From Felis catus (Eukaryota): a stretch of 64,000 nt of DNA. Made by a program: the position numbers and the translations under genes. The DNA lies in contig NC_058368.1 of assembly GCF_018350175.1 (NCBI RefSeq), positions 198,898,001 through 198,962,000 on the forward strand, written 5' to 3'. Below are positions 26,281 through 38,473 of this stretch, piece after piece; within the stretch, counting starts at the first letter, position 1, and every line of letters begins with the position of its first letter. A model generated the notes under the pieces. It saw only the letters and a program-made list of their open reading frames with translations, was not told the DNA's origin and ran no database searches.

Positions 26281-27339
26281 TAAATCGTACTACACATAGC
26301 TAGGAAAAGAGATTAAAGTGAACTTATAATGGCTAAGTAGAGGTTCTGACTAGTTGTAGCTCCTGCCTGACACTCCGTTCTCCATCAGCCTCCTTCCTCC
26401 TACAAAGGTGATGACAGAAGAATCTGAAGGGCTATTGATTAGATGATCTATGGTCCCTTCGACTTCTCATGGTCCTGTGATGGTATAGTCTGGTGCCATT
26501 TGGATCTTCATAGAAAATCCTCTGGCAACAAAGGTTTAGGGAGAGGCAAACTGAAGTGATGCGGGAAGGCACTCTAGTTCTCTGGAAGGAAATGGCAACT
26601 TCCATTTGGTTCTGAAGAGATAATCCGGAGAGGGGACTTTTCAGAGACAAAGGCAGACTTGACACTGGAGGTCTTTGAATGCCATGGCCAGAGTGATGAG
26701 ACAACCATGGGTACATATCAGGAGATGAAGAACAAAGCACCAGAGTTGGGGAGCCCAGATTAGGGAGATCTTCTGAGCTCAGGAAATAAAAAAAGAAGAC
26801 TGAGATTCTTTGGAGGGAGGACTTTGTAGGATGATTGTGAAATGGATTTCCAGTGTAAAAGGCAGAATTCTGTATGCTTGTTTTGCAAAGCTCAGCAAAG
26901 ATATTTGTATTACAGCAGAAATTGGTCAAATGGTAGAGGAGAAGTTGATTATCCACCACAGTGAGGTAGCAATATTGGAAAGAGAGCTTGGTGTAAATCC
27001 AGGAAAATGAAAATCTAGGCTGATTAAAGAGTTTGGTCTATTCAAGAGCTTTGTGATCAGCTGAAATTTCTTCCTCATTTGTTTTAATAAGGGTAGGGTC
27101 TTTTAGTAAACGTAAGGTTATTGGTATATTTCCTGAACTCAACCCACGTTGACTGGGTTTTTAATGTAAATTTTGCATTTTAATTAAAACTTACAGCAAG
27201 ATTAATCTGACACATGTATTCAGTCTTGACACTTTTCAAGTGCCTTCCCTCAAAGGAGGCCTTTCTCAAACCTTGGGATTGGGCTCCCCTCTACCCCAGA
27301 GATCTCTGGACACACTACGGTCGATAGCATTTGCAGCAC

Positions 27340-27560
27340 AGTTTTGAAATGATCTGTTATTGACTTGCCATTTCCCCCAGCACCTAACATGTGTCTAGCA
27401 CGTACCGAGTGCTTAATAGATGTTTGTTGAACTTGCACAGGATATGTGCAAGTCACTCAACATTCCTGAACTTTTCTTTATTTCCACCTGCAAAAATGAG
27501 AAAATTAAAACCTGCCTGCCTGTCTTACTGGGTTATAGCTGTCACGTGTGTTGGTCTTGT
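27340..27560 (+). mobile_element. L2 3' end followed by a MIR fragment
   Basis: ccccagcacctaacatgtgtctagcacgtaccgagtgcttaatagatgtttgttgaa, then gcaagtcactcaac...tttccacctgcaaaatgag. Confidence 0.6.
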
Positions 27561-29073
27561 TAAGAACAGGAACCTTGTGTTATACACCTGTATATGGTGC
27601 CTGGAATAATATATTTTTATGGATTATAGTCGAAAGCAATTCATAGGTGGGAAAGTTGTGCGTTCACATAGGAAATGGCTTTTAGGCACAAATGGCCAGC
27701 AACTCATTAGCATCCCTCTTGTACAATGAAATTGCACATTTCCAGAGTCAGCCTCGTAGGTATGGAAAGAGGAATGAGGCACATCAGTCAGTTTTCTAAA
27801 AAGGGTTGTTTACAGTTTCCCAAGCAAGATAACAACCTAGAGACCTCACTAAATGAGGAGTCAAGACTCTAATAAAGGGCAGCAACGCTAATGTGGCTGC
27901 ATGCCATCCCTACCCTCCATGGGCGAGTGTTGATTGCTGTCGATTTGCCTCCCCTTTATCAGCAGTTATTAAAGGGACTACTCTGCGTGAAGTCAAGCCA
28001 CCCATCCTACCACTTGCCCTTCCCTAGGCGGTGGGGAAAGATGGCAGTCTGATTCCAAAAGTCCTTGATAAAGTAAGCTGTTCCTTGCAGTTCACCAGCT
28101 ATTTTCTAGTAGTTCAGTCTTTCTGAGTTTTCTTTTCCTCCACTATGCTCAAGGGATAATAATGATCGTTGCTTCACTCCTGTAAGGATTACATGAGATA
28201 GGAGTGTGCGAAAAACTCCTCATAAGAGCCAAAGCATCATATTTTTTTAAATGTTTTTTTCTTCACCATGGTTACCTCGAGGACATAGAAATAGGTAGTA
28301 TAGCTTGAGTTCGTTGGCTTATATAGCAATTTTCAGAGAGGCTGCAGAACATTTTTCTGCCCAGTCCAATATACCAGGTGACCCTCAGCCTTCTTTTGTT
28401 GACAGTAAATACTGTGTACTACAAATGCTTCTTCGTCTTTTGTTTTTTCCCCAAAGTACGTTTACACACACCTAACAGAAAATTTAAAGTCTTTTCCTTC
28501 CTTCTTTGCTTCCACCCTGCCTTGAAAGTACATGCAGTAGAAATTTCTTTGGGTTCATAAAAATTACCAAAGGGAGGATGGAGGGGAGAGATACCAATTT
28601 TTCAGAATATAGTATGATTTTACTTAATCAGATTGCTTTTCTAACATTTCACAACTGCACTAGAAATGTTAGAGGGACAGGATTAGAAATGAGGAATGAT
28701 TTGGGTGGGGGACCACAGCAGAGAACTCTGGGGAGCTACCTGGAGAGTCCTGGGAGAGGATTCTGTGCAAGGAACAGTAGTGCAAAAAGATAGGTAGTTG
28801 AGTATGAAGTTAGCATATTAGATAATTTGGGCCTGTGCTCACCCAACCTCTTCCCATAAGGAAAGTTGCCATTTCAGGTCTTGGCAGGTCTCCAGTGTCT
28901 GTCTTCTCCCTATTCCTTTCTGCCTACAGATGCTCACTGTTAACCTACCATTATTCTGTTTTTAGTTAGGGATTCTTTGGGTCAGTGGTTTCCGACTAGA
29001 GGCAGTACTGTTCTTGCCTAGGGGGTGTTCAGCTAACCAGCCTCAAAAACCTATTTTTAGGTGATTAAAACAC

Positions 29074-29074
<1 letters not shown>

Positions 29075-29120
<46 letters not shown>

Positions 29121-29202
29121 GGAAGGAAAGAAAAGAAAGAGAGGAAGGAAGGAAGGAAGGAAGGAAGGAAGGAAGGAAGGAAGGAAGGAAGGAAGATAGA
29201 AA
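29075..29202. repeat. Compound purine microsatellite (GAAA)/(GA)/(GGAA)
   Basis: Direct reading. Confidence 0.95.
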
Positions 29203-29680
29203 GATTTGCAGGCTAGACATAGATCTCAGCTGTCAATCACAAGTCGATGGGGTGTTGCAATATTGAGTCTGCTCACACATATATCAGCTCTGTTGTGGTA
29301 CTTGTGTTGCTTCCCCCGGAGGCTCCTCTCATAGATGGCCATCAGTCCCAAGAGACACCATTGTCTAATCCCATTTTTCCTGACAACTTCCCTAGCTAGG
29401 AGGCAAGGCTGAGGTCAACCAGGAGTATAAGAAAACTGGGTCCTTTGCCCACTCTTGTAGATACATTCTCAGAATGGTACATTAGCCTGAACATCTTCCT
29501 CTGAGGAAGCTTATGAGAATCACTGATAATGTGTGAGCCCGTAGAAATAAACTGAACAATGAGGAAGTAAAGTTACACACAGTTATTGAGGAACCACCCC
29601 CTATCCCCATTAAGCCACATAAAAAAGGTTTAGTAGACTTCACCATTACTCTGTTTCTGTTTTTGGTAGGGACTCTGGGT

Positions 29681-29872
29681 CTGTGGTTTCCAACTGGAGG
29701 CAGTTCTTTTCCTAGGGGACTTCTGGAGACATATGGGAATGTTTTGATTATCTCTGACCAGAGAGCAGGGGGCAGAGGTACCAGACAAGGCCAAGGGAAA
29801 AACAGGAGTCCTTCCTCACAGGGAAGAATATTATATCTCAAATGCCAATAGCACCCCCATTGAGAAACACTG
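29681..29872 (+). mobile_element. MER20-like hAT-Charlie element
   Basis: Termini ctgtggtttccaac ... ttgagaaacactg; internal aagaatattatatctcaaatgccaatagc. Confidence 0.7.
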
Positions 29873-30799
29873 AGCATTTTGATGAAAACATCCTATTCCT
29901 TTGCCATCTTTATTTCGTTAGTAAGCTATGATAAACTACTCTTGAAGACGGGGAATCTGTAGCTGTTTTGCTAATGTGGACTTTACCAGCAGATCTCTTT
30001 TCCCCGACATTAGACATTCAGCAGGTGTTCCTGCCAAAATACTGAAAAATATGAGTAATGAAGCATTAAATATTTAAAGCAAATATTTTTGTTTTATACC
30101 TGAAGGGCATCATTTATAAAACCATTTATTGTACACCCCTAATGTACACAGGCATTTATAAATGCCATTTGAATTAGATGCAACTGAACCTCCTATATTA
30201 AAAATATTTCTAGTTCTTTTTAAAGACAGATACCTTTTAAGTAGGTAATTGTAAAAAGTTTTACAGCAAGGCAACTGGTATATGGTCTATGTTTAAATTT
30301 GAGTTGGAGTCTTTCAATGCATCTTCACTGTTGGTGGTCTCCACAAAGTCATGGCAGGAATTGGGGGATGGAGGGAAGAAAAGACGTTTTCTTTTTCCTC
30401 ATGTTAAATCTACATTATCAAGGTTCCAGTTTAAATGTGTCTAAGATAATTGGAGCCCCTAGGAGGCACTTTGCTAAGCAGCTAATTCAGCCCGTCTTCC
30501 CTAGAGAGGATAATTGTTGTTAAAAAACAAAAAAGTAAAATGTGTTGTTTTCTCATGTAATTATGTAACTGACATCTTTATATAATAATACATTTGGGTG
30601 GTCCATCCCTGAAACACTTGGTTTGTTAGGAAACATTACAGTTTCCACAAGTAATCACTTACTCCTAAATATGATGAAAGAATTTGGTATTGTTGCATTG
30701 CATCATTGCCTTGGTCAGAAGCTCAACTTTCTAAATGAGCCTGGCACTGCAAAAGGCTTCTAACTTTTTTGCTGTTTTTTTTTTTCCTTAAATGTCATT

Positions 30800-31045
30800 A
30801 TACGGACGGAAATATTTCTGAGGTAGAACACTATACGGCAGAACATTAAAAAAGTGACGAAACGCAGATTTTGTCCAAGGAAAGGGTAAGGGCCTCTAAG
30901 CCGCTGTCTTTCCAGCAACCACACTGTGACACCCTTACCCGTGTGGTTATTCGCGCCTTCTGTACATTTCAGTCACTCCGCTGCACGGGGTTAGGACCTA
31001 TGAACTTCCTGCCCTCAGCGTAGCACAGATAGCTTGACAGCGGAC
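30800..31045. promoter_or_regulatory. Candidate enhancer (CpG-retaining, RUNX/ETS/GATA motifs)
   Basis: 13 CpGs in ~240 bp of apparently unique sequence; AACCACA 30917-30923, TGTGGTT 30942-30948, ACTTCCTG 31004-31011, AGATAG 31027-31032. Confidence 0.3.
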
Positions 31046-32133
31046 ACACTGCCATTAGAATTGAGTTCACTTTAATCCACATTGGTAACACTGCTGATTA
31101 AAAAATGCCACACTTAACAGAGCTGAATGGGGTTTTCCCTAGAGTTCTGCTCTTCTGAGGCTGCAGACAGCTTTGGTCCTGAGACAGCCATCCCTAAATT
31201 TCAGATTCAGCCAGGACCTAACTAACTAATCATGGTGGCTGATTATTCCACCCAAGGGCATTCTTTTAAACTGCTATTACTCAGAATTGTGTGGGAGGCT
31301 TTTGCAAAGTAGCAGACAGTCAGTGGGAAAGGAAAGGCACAGACAGATAAAACTCAGAAGAGGGAAGGGAAACTCAGGGCAGAAGCAGTACCAACTGAAT
31401 ATGCTGAAAGTTGAAATAGGGTGATAATTGAATGTAAGGCTGGAGTCTGATTGCAAAGGCAGAAAAGGACATTGTGAGATGATAGCAAAAGGAGTAACAC
31501 GTGATCCAATCAGCAGCAGTTTATCCTCAGCGACAAATGGAAATCAGTGGGCTGTACGCAAAGGAAGGAAGAGGGTCAACATTTTGGTTCCAGGGCTAGA
31601 CTAGAAATGAGATCATTCTGTAGTTAACAACTTGTACTTGGGCATGCTGAAGAAAAATGTCTGTAAGCCAACATGGAAGATTTCTATTTAACATCATCCT
31701 GAATTCATGCTTGTCACATCATCTTCACAAAGCAGTTGGCACCTTTTTGTAACCCTTTCCTATAATGTAACCATGCCTCTCAGCTATCGTCCCCAAATAG
31801 TAATATCCTACATCTTACAGAAGGATGGGCACACACAACAGGAGATTCAGTAACATTTTTGACATTCAACATGAGGGTGTGCTACAACATAAAACTTTAG
31901 TTACATGAGAAAATACCCTTTATCCCTCCTAGTCTAAGCTAAATTAAATCATTGGCCCAGATACAAATTCATGGAAGTAAAGCTAAAATCTAATGGTATA
32001 TTGTCTTTAAATGCATTGGGGTAGGTATTGTCATAAAGGTATTGTCTGTAAAAAAAATGTGACCTACCAGAGATGGCAGTGTTTCTAACTGGGGATAAGA
32101 TGTACATAGAAGCAACTACAGATTTCAGATCTC

Positions 32134-32134
<1 letters not shown>

Positions 32135-32181
<47 letters not shown>

Positions 32182-32189
32182 GTGTGTGT
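32135..32189. repeat. (GT)n microsatellite
   Basis: Direct reading. Confidence 0.95.
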
Positions 32190-32266
32190 TGAAAAGATAG
32201 TGAAATCTTGTGATGTGGTTCAATCAATTCAAAACCATGGAAACAGCTTTCATCTTGGCTCTGCAC

Positions 32267-32838
32267 TTGTGGTTCTCAAACTGTGTACCAAGGCACCCCA
32301 AAGTGCCACACAGTCAACTCATAGAAGCGATTTTATGGAAGATTTTTTTATTTTTAAGGAAAACAATAATATTTGATCTGTCCCACACCCAGTGAACTAC
32401 TAGCTGAAGTAGTTCAGTTTCAACATTAGATGGCGCTACGTTCCTTTTGATGATGTCATATCTTTCTGAAGCTGGATTTTTGGAGACAGGTGAAGAGAGT
32501 AAATGCTGTGTGGCAATTAAAGTGGAACATGAAAGGAAGATGGCAGGATACAGTCCAATTCCAGGACTTGAGAAGTTATGTATATCCAACAGGTATATGT
32601 ATGCCCTTTAGTAAGAAAGTTTGGTTATTAAAGAATGAAATAAACCTTTCCTTCCTTTAAATTTATGAGTATTTTTTTTCAAGCTGCTACTAAGTTGTTA
32701 GGACATAAATACTTAGTAGGTTATTTGAATCTAACCACTTAATAAATGAACTGGTAGGTATTGTTTTTGGCCTGGTGGCATGATGAAAAAAATGCCAAGA
32801 GACAAAAGGATTTCTGGATCAAAGTTTGGGAATCTGTG
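32267..32838 (+). mobile_element. MER119-like hAT-Charlie element, near full length
   Basis: Termini gtggttctcaaactgtg ... aaagtttgggaatctgtg; internal gaactactagctgaagtagttca...aacattagat...gatgtcatatcttt as in recalled MER119. Confidence 0.85.
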
Positions 32839-34519
32839 CTCAACTGAATCATTACTCAGTTTCATGGAGTTGATCAAGGGTGAGCTACAAAGCCAGGCTG
32901 TTTACATCCCTTCACTTCAATTCCTTTTACATCAGCTGTCAGACAGCAAGTAGGGACGCCATGCCCTGGATCCCTTTCCTTCTGATAAAATCTAATAGGA
33001 TCCGTATCTCCTACCAAGTAGAAAGATTGAGTTCCTAAAATTTGATCTTAAAATAAATTTCGATAAATTCGGTTCTGTTATTCCATTCGTTTCCATTTCA
33101 AAAATGGAGTCATATTCATGGGGTGGGGGTGGGGGTGGAGTGGGAGTGGAGGTGAAGGGAATTAGTCCCAGAACGTTAAGTTACACTTCAGAAAAAAAGG
33201 AAGTATCTCAAAGTTAAATATTCAAAGAGAAACAATGGTTTTGTTTTTCAAAAAGTTGTTCAAAATAAGCCACAGAAAGCAAGCACGTAATTACAAAACA
33301 AAACCAAGAAATCAATGCAACATATAAATTAGAGGTGCTTGTTCAATTCATAAACTAATTCTTCACTTGCAAAAACATTCATGACAGAGTTCCCTGTGAT
33401 ATGAGCCTCCCCAGGGCATTTGAAATATGATTCAATTTTTAAAAATTCTATTTGTACCCAATTTTTTCAGAAACAAAACATTGGTTTTAAACAAGGTGCA
33501 TCTGTTTCCAGAAAATGCTTTCCCATGGAGCTGTGTGTAGAAGGCTTGTACTGCATCTGGAGATCACACTCGACTCAAATCAAGAATCTCTTTGAATACA
33601 CCAAGCTTAGGAGCTAAACTGTCTTGGCTGCTTGCTTATGTTTGATCCTGTTGGGAATGAGGCTAATTGTTTAAGAATTTACGTCCTGGTAAGGCTGTTA
33701 GCACTTTAAATTGATTTGATATTTTTAAAAGCTCATTTAAAACTTATTTATACTGAGGAAGTTGGCTTTCCATGAGCTACAAAATTTATTTCCAGATTTC
33801 ACCTGGCATATCTGTACGGAATATGTACCCCAAAAGCATCCTTTTACATAGTGATTGCAATGGGTCATCTGTATTATCTTTTTAGTAGAGTATATCTGTA
33901 TTCATGCTTTCTTCTTTTAAGTTCTTTCTTGCCTCCCAACATATTAATTACTGCCCTGTTCCTAATGTAGTCTTAGAAAAAAAAAAGTGCCTTTAAAAAC
34001 ATTTACGGTTAAAGTGTCTTTTGAACAAGCATATGAAAGTTCTTTATAAACATGAACTACTTTACACACTTTTGTGCAAGGAGTTGATCTCATTTTTCTT
34101 TCTCAAAATAATGCTTTTGATTCTGTGGCATTGCATACCTGTTTTCCTACAAAGACAAGTTATTATTGGTTTTTCAGGAGCAGAGAACCTAGCCACATAC
34201 AACTTTGTAAACCCCACATTGCTTACCACCGAGTTTTATAAGTAGCAGGGGATATACACACACACATTTCCTCTGTAAGGTCTTGTTGAAGGTGAATATG
34301 GCCCACTTCATTTTCAATAGTTGGTAGATATAGGTCTAAATACTCTAGAAGTCTAAGATGAACTTTGATGCACACTCTGAGACGAGCCTGAGAAGAATCT
34401 TTTTTGTAGAATGGAAAATGTTTTCGAAATCTGAACAATTGCCTTTCAGTCAGTCGTGAGATTGCTAGATCTTAAATTTGGTGATAGGCAAATTTAACAC
34501 AGTCAGACAAGAGTATACC

Positions 34520-34700
34520 ATTAATTGAGTGTCTGTTATGTGCCAGATCATTTAGAAACATTATCTTTCATCCTTCAGCAGTTCTGCAATGTATGTTTTA
34601 TTTTCCCCATTTTACAGAGAGGAATGATTAGAACCAAGGATGTTAAGTGCTTTGCCTGGTGGGTGGTAGAACCAGAATTCCAGTCCGGGTCTGACTGACC
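34520..34700 (-). mobile_element. MIR
   Basis: ttgagtgtctgttatgtgccag...ccccattttacagagagg...gttaagtgctttgcc...ggtctgact. Confidence 0.75.
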
Positions 34701-35074
34701 ATATAGGCTGGGCTCTCTTTCAATTATTCCTTCCCCTTCCCAGATCTTGTGAGCTGCAAGAGCCATTTAAAGGTTATCTAGCCCACCAACTTTGTGGGCA
34801 CACAAACTAAAATTCAGAGAGACAAGTAACTTGTACAAGGTCACCTTGTGTTCAGTTCTTGTTGATACTTCTAAATAACCTTGAAACGTGTTCAATAAAC
34901 ATTCCCTATTTATCTCAGCTGAGTGGAGCCTTTAAAAAATCCACCAATCCTCCCAAAGGTTGAAATGCCAACCGTAGTTGATAGTGTTTCTGGGATTCTA
35001 GAAACTCATCTATCAAGCAGCACCTCAGGATTGGCCATGAGAGTCTCTCTCAACCTCTTTGTCCTTACTGGCTG

Positions 35075-35250
35075 CCCCTCCTCCTCCTCCCTCTTCCTTC
35101 CTTCCTTCCTTCCTTCCTTCCTTCCTTCCTTCCTTCCTTCCTTCCTTTCCTTCCTTCCTTCCTTCCTTCCTTCCTTCCTTCCTTCCTTCCTTCCTCCCTC
35201 CCTCCCTCCCTCCCTCCCTCCCTCCCTCCCTCCCTCCCTCCCTCCCTCTT
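35075..35250. repeat. (TTCC)n(CTCC)n polypyrimidine microsatellite
   Basis: Direct reading; source of the low-complexity ORFs at 34923-35350. Confidence 0.97.
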
Positions 35251-35478
35251 TCTTCGTCCCTGCTACAGTGTACCATTTACATCCAAATCCACAGAGACAC
35301 CGTATGCTATAAAACTGTCTTTGGGAGATTATCTTGTATGTTTTAAGCATGCAAAATGTGTCTGTTAATAAATTTAAGATCTGGGTTCAATGCTAAGTCT
35401 AAGTTACCACCAAGTAAATATTAAATGATTTGCTCATTTTTTTTCCTGTCTGTGATGATGTGTATTCCTAGCCCTTTA

Positions 35479-35681
35479 TTTTTTTTATTTTTTTAATGTT
35501 TGTTTATTTTTGAGGGGGAAAGAAAGAGAATGCAAGCTGGGGAGGGCAAGAGAGAGAATCCCAAGCAGGCTCCATGCTGTCAGAGCAGAACCCGATGTGG
35601 GGCTCGATCCCACAAACCATGAAATCATGACCTGAGCTGAAATCAAGAGATACCCAATCAACTGAGCCACCCAGATGCCCC
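35479..35681 (-). mobile_element. CAN-SINE
   Basis: T tail, ...gacctgagctgaaatcaagag...actgagccacccagatgcccc; degenerate TSD cta(g/a)cccttta. Confidence 0.93.
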
Positions 35682-35704
35682 CTAACCCTTTAGTAGCTAT
35701 ACCA

Positions 35705-35900
35705 TTAATTGAGCAACTGTCATGCATCAGGCACTAGAGCAAAGCAACTTAAAAATCATGTAAATATTCTGAGAACCTTAAGTGCTATTAGGTCTTCAGT
35801 TTTATATTTGAAAAAAAACTTAGGCTCAAAGAAGTTAAATCATTTGTGAAAGGATACAAAACTCTCTTCTAAATGGAAGGAAACTTGACTTTTACCAGCC
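35705..35900 (-). mobile_element. MIR fragment
   Basis: ttgagcaact...caggcact...aggctcaaagaagttaaatcatttg. Confidence 0.55.
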
Positions 35901-36519
35901 GTGAGCAACCTTTCTTCTTTAAAGATTCATTAGCCACAAAATCTTTAATCTCTTTTTCTCACTCGGATGTTAAGATACTCATAAATATCCAGAAGGTAGG
36001 GGTGGGTTCTCAAAAGTCAAGTGAAAAAAATCTGCAGCCAGGAGCCCAATTAAAAGCTTAAAAACATTGGCTCTGGAAGGATATGGTGTGTGTGTGCGTG
36101 TGTGTACCTTTTCCTCAAAATGAAGGTCAGGAGGAGGCTAGATCTAAATGAAGGGAAGATGGGATACAAGTATCTCATGCCAAGTGGACTTCATTAAAAA
36201 ATTGTCAGCCTGGCTGCATAGTTCTGGAAGCAGTTCAGTGTCCATTTCTACATTTGCAATTTTACACATAATCTCTTACATAGCTCACTTTTAACCTACC
36301 TTCTAAGAAAAAGACCCTTTTAATTCATATCTTAGAATTATGTCATATTGCTACTTAAATGGCTCAGAAGGCTCCCACCGCCCTTGGGATAACTGTTGAC
36401 TTCTTTCTAGTCTTTTCCAGCACTCATTCTTAGTTCCCTTTCTCAGCATCTCTGTCATGGAAGCCTTGGCCACTCCACCTTTCATTGATTTCTATTATAG
36501 TCCCTACCCCTTCTAACCT

Positions 36520-36556
<37 letters not shown>

Positions 36557-36812
36557 TCTAATCTGGTTCTCTCTCCTCCTTACTGTTGTGTGAGCATTGC
36601 CCTTACTATGAAAGATGCCCAAGCTATAGGCCCCAGATTTCCTACTATTGTTTTTTCTTTATACTCTGAAAAGTCTTCCACTTTTATGGCAAAGGTTATT
36701 GTCTCTGTGTTCTTAACTCACAGCAATATCACCAGCTCTAGCCTCTCAGCTGTACCCCCAAACTCTGTTTTTTACTATGTGAAGCCCATCTCAAGTTGGA
36801 CCTTTTATAGCA

Positions 36813-36972
36813 CAGTGCTTTCTAAGCTTTAAAGTGCATATGAATCATCTGGTGATCTTGTTAAAATAGAGATTCTCCTGAGTAGGGCCCGAGATTCTGC
36901 ATTTCTAACACAACAGTTTTGCCACATGCTGCCAGTGTGGTTGATCCAAAGACCACACCTCGGGCAGCAAGG
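36813..36972. mobile_element. MER5-like hAT-Charlie MITE
   Basis: gtgcatatgaatcatctggtgatcttgttaaaat...gagattctgcatttctaaca...gaccacac. Confidence 0.8.
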
Positions 36973-37629
36973 TAGCATTTATGTGTCTGAAGATGACCAC
37001 AGGACTGGTTCCCTTCTCAGCCTCTCTATACTAGCATCCCAGAATGCCAAGGTCTGCCTTTTTCATGAAATCCTTTTAAGTTATACTAACCTGAAGAGAA
37101 AATTCACATATGTGGGTCTTTTAGTCTAGAGCCCCTAATTAAAATTTAATTATACACTTGGTTATTCATTATTGGTTCTCATGCCTTGTCTTCCTATTCA
37201 TGTGTGAGTTTAGGCAGTGACACCAGTGTATCCAAAGAAATTTTGCAGCTGATCATTGAAGTCCTTCTTTGGATAAGGCACTGTAAATTTGTGTTCTCCA
37301 CAGTGTCCGGCATTGAACTGGATTCCTTAATATCATCCCTCCGGTGCATGATGGTCCCCCCTTTGGCTTTTGAAATCTACCCAAGTAGACTCTCAGCTCC
37401 AATGACGCAGGGCTTTGATGGACTTGTTCACTACGACCGCTCCAGTACCTGAAACAGAACTTGGTACAGAGCAAATGCCTAATAATTACTCTATGGTAAT
37501 CAAGCAGTTGAATGAAAATTGCAAAGTAAAGGTCAAATTCCATCTTCGTGAAGCTCTCCCCTCATTGCCCTCAAGTTCACACAACGTACTCTCTTCTCGT
37601 AAGAACTTTGTGTTCCTCATCTAAGCCTT

Positions 37630-37794
37630 CAGTGCTTGTCAAGGCATGGTCAGGACCACCCGCATCAGAGCCCTCTGGCGTGCTTGATGAAATGCAGATT
37701 CCTAGGCTGTGCTCCAGGCCTGTGAAATCAGAGTCTGCAGTGGGGCCTGGCAGTCCATCCACAGTTTTAGCACTCTTTGTAGTGAAGACCTCTG
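37630..37794. mobile_element. MER5A-like hAT-Charlie MITE
   Basis: gcatcagag...gaaatgcagattcctaggc...aaatcagagtctgcagtggggcc. Confidence 0.8.
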
Positions 37795-38035
37795 AACTGA
37801 GGCCTTAGCTCTGTTAGAAGTGTTGACGAAAAAGCAAAACAACAAAAGATTATCAAAATAGAAAAATGTTCTCTCCCCAAATAATTATCATTACCTTTGT
37901 TGTTTATTTGCTGGTTTTCATTTTCTCCCTAGCAGTATCTTGTTTGTTTGTTTGTTTGTTTGTTCCAAAATCTTGCCTCAAGCCATTTGAAAGTTGAAGT
38001 CGTGACCACTTGTAAGAATTCCAGAACATAGTTAG

Positions 38036-38069
<34 letters not shown>

Positions 38070-38389
38070 TTGAAGGTAAAAATACATGTTTTAGAGTTAA
38101 GGTTGAAAGAAGGTAGGCATTCTAATCTTTTTATTTGGAACTTCTGGCAGAATTTTAAATGAGGGGAGAGGAAAAAGAAAACACTGGCAAATTGGATGAG
38201 GACATGTGTTCTCTTAGTTCTGTGGTTACAGGGGATTAGTGGTGATGAGATCCAAAGACTCGTCACGCTGGGGGTCATCCCCAAGGCACGCTGGAAAATT
38301 CCTATGACAGACACCAGGGACTGCCTTTGAATCTCTGAAGAAGAGAAATTGAAATCTGGGGTTCTTTGGATTGGCGGACAACATGTAAA

Positions 38390-38473
38390 AGATTGAGCTT
38401 GTGGAGTATATGGGGGGTCACTTGTACCAATTACTCTACTTTTGAGTATGTTTGAAAATGGCATTTAAAAAAA
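38390..38473 (+). mobile_element. Old L1 (L1ME-like) 3' terminus
   Basis: tatatggggggtcacttgtaccaattactctacttttgagtatgtttgaaaat followed by an A run. Confidence 0.5.

Noticed and set aside
26432..26959. 175-aa minus-strand ORF
   Set aside because: Non-ATG start, no domain, and partly overlapping degraded repeat-like sequence
34923..35350. Overlapping PSFL/EGRK-repeat ORFs
   Set aside because: Translations of the (TTCC)n/(CTCC)n microsatellite
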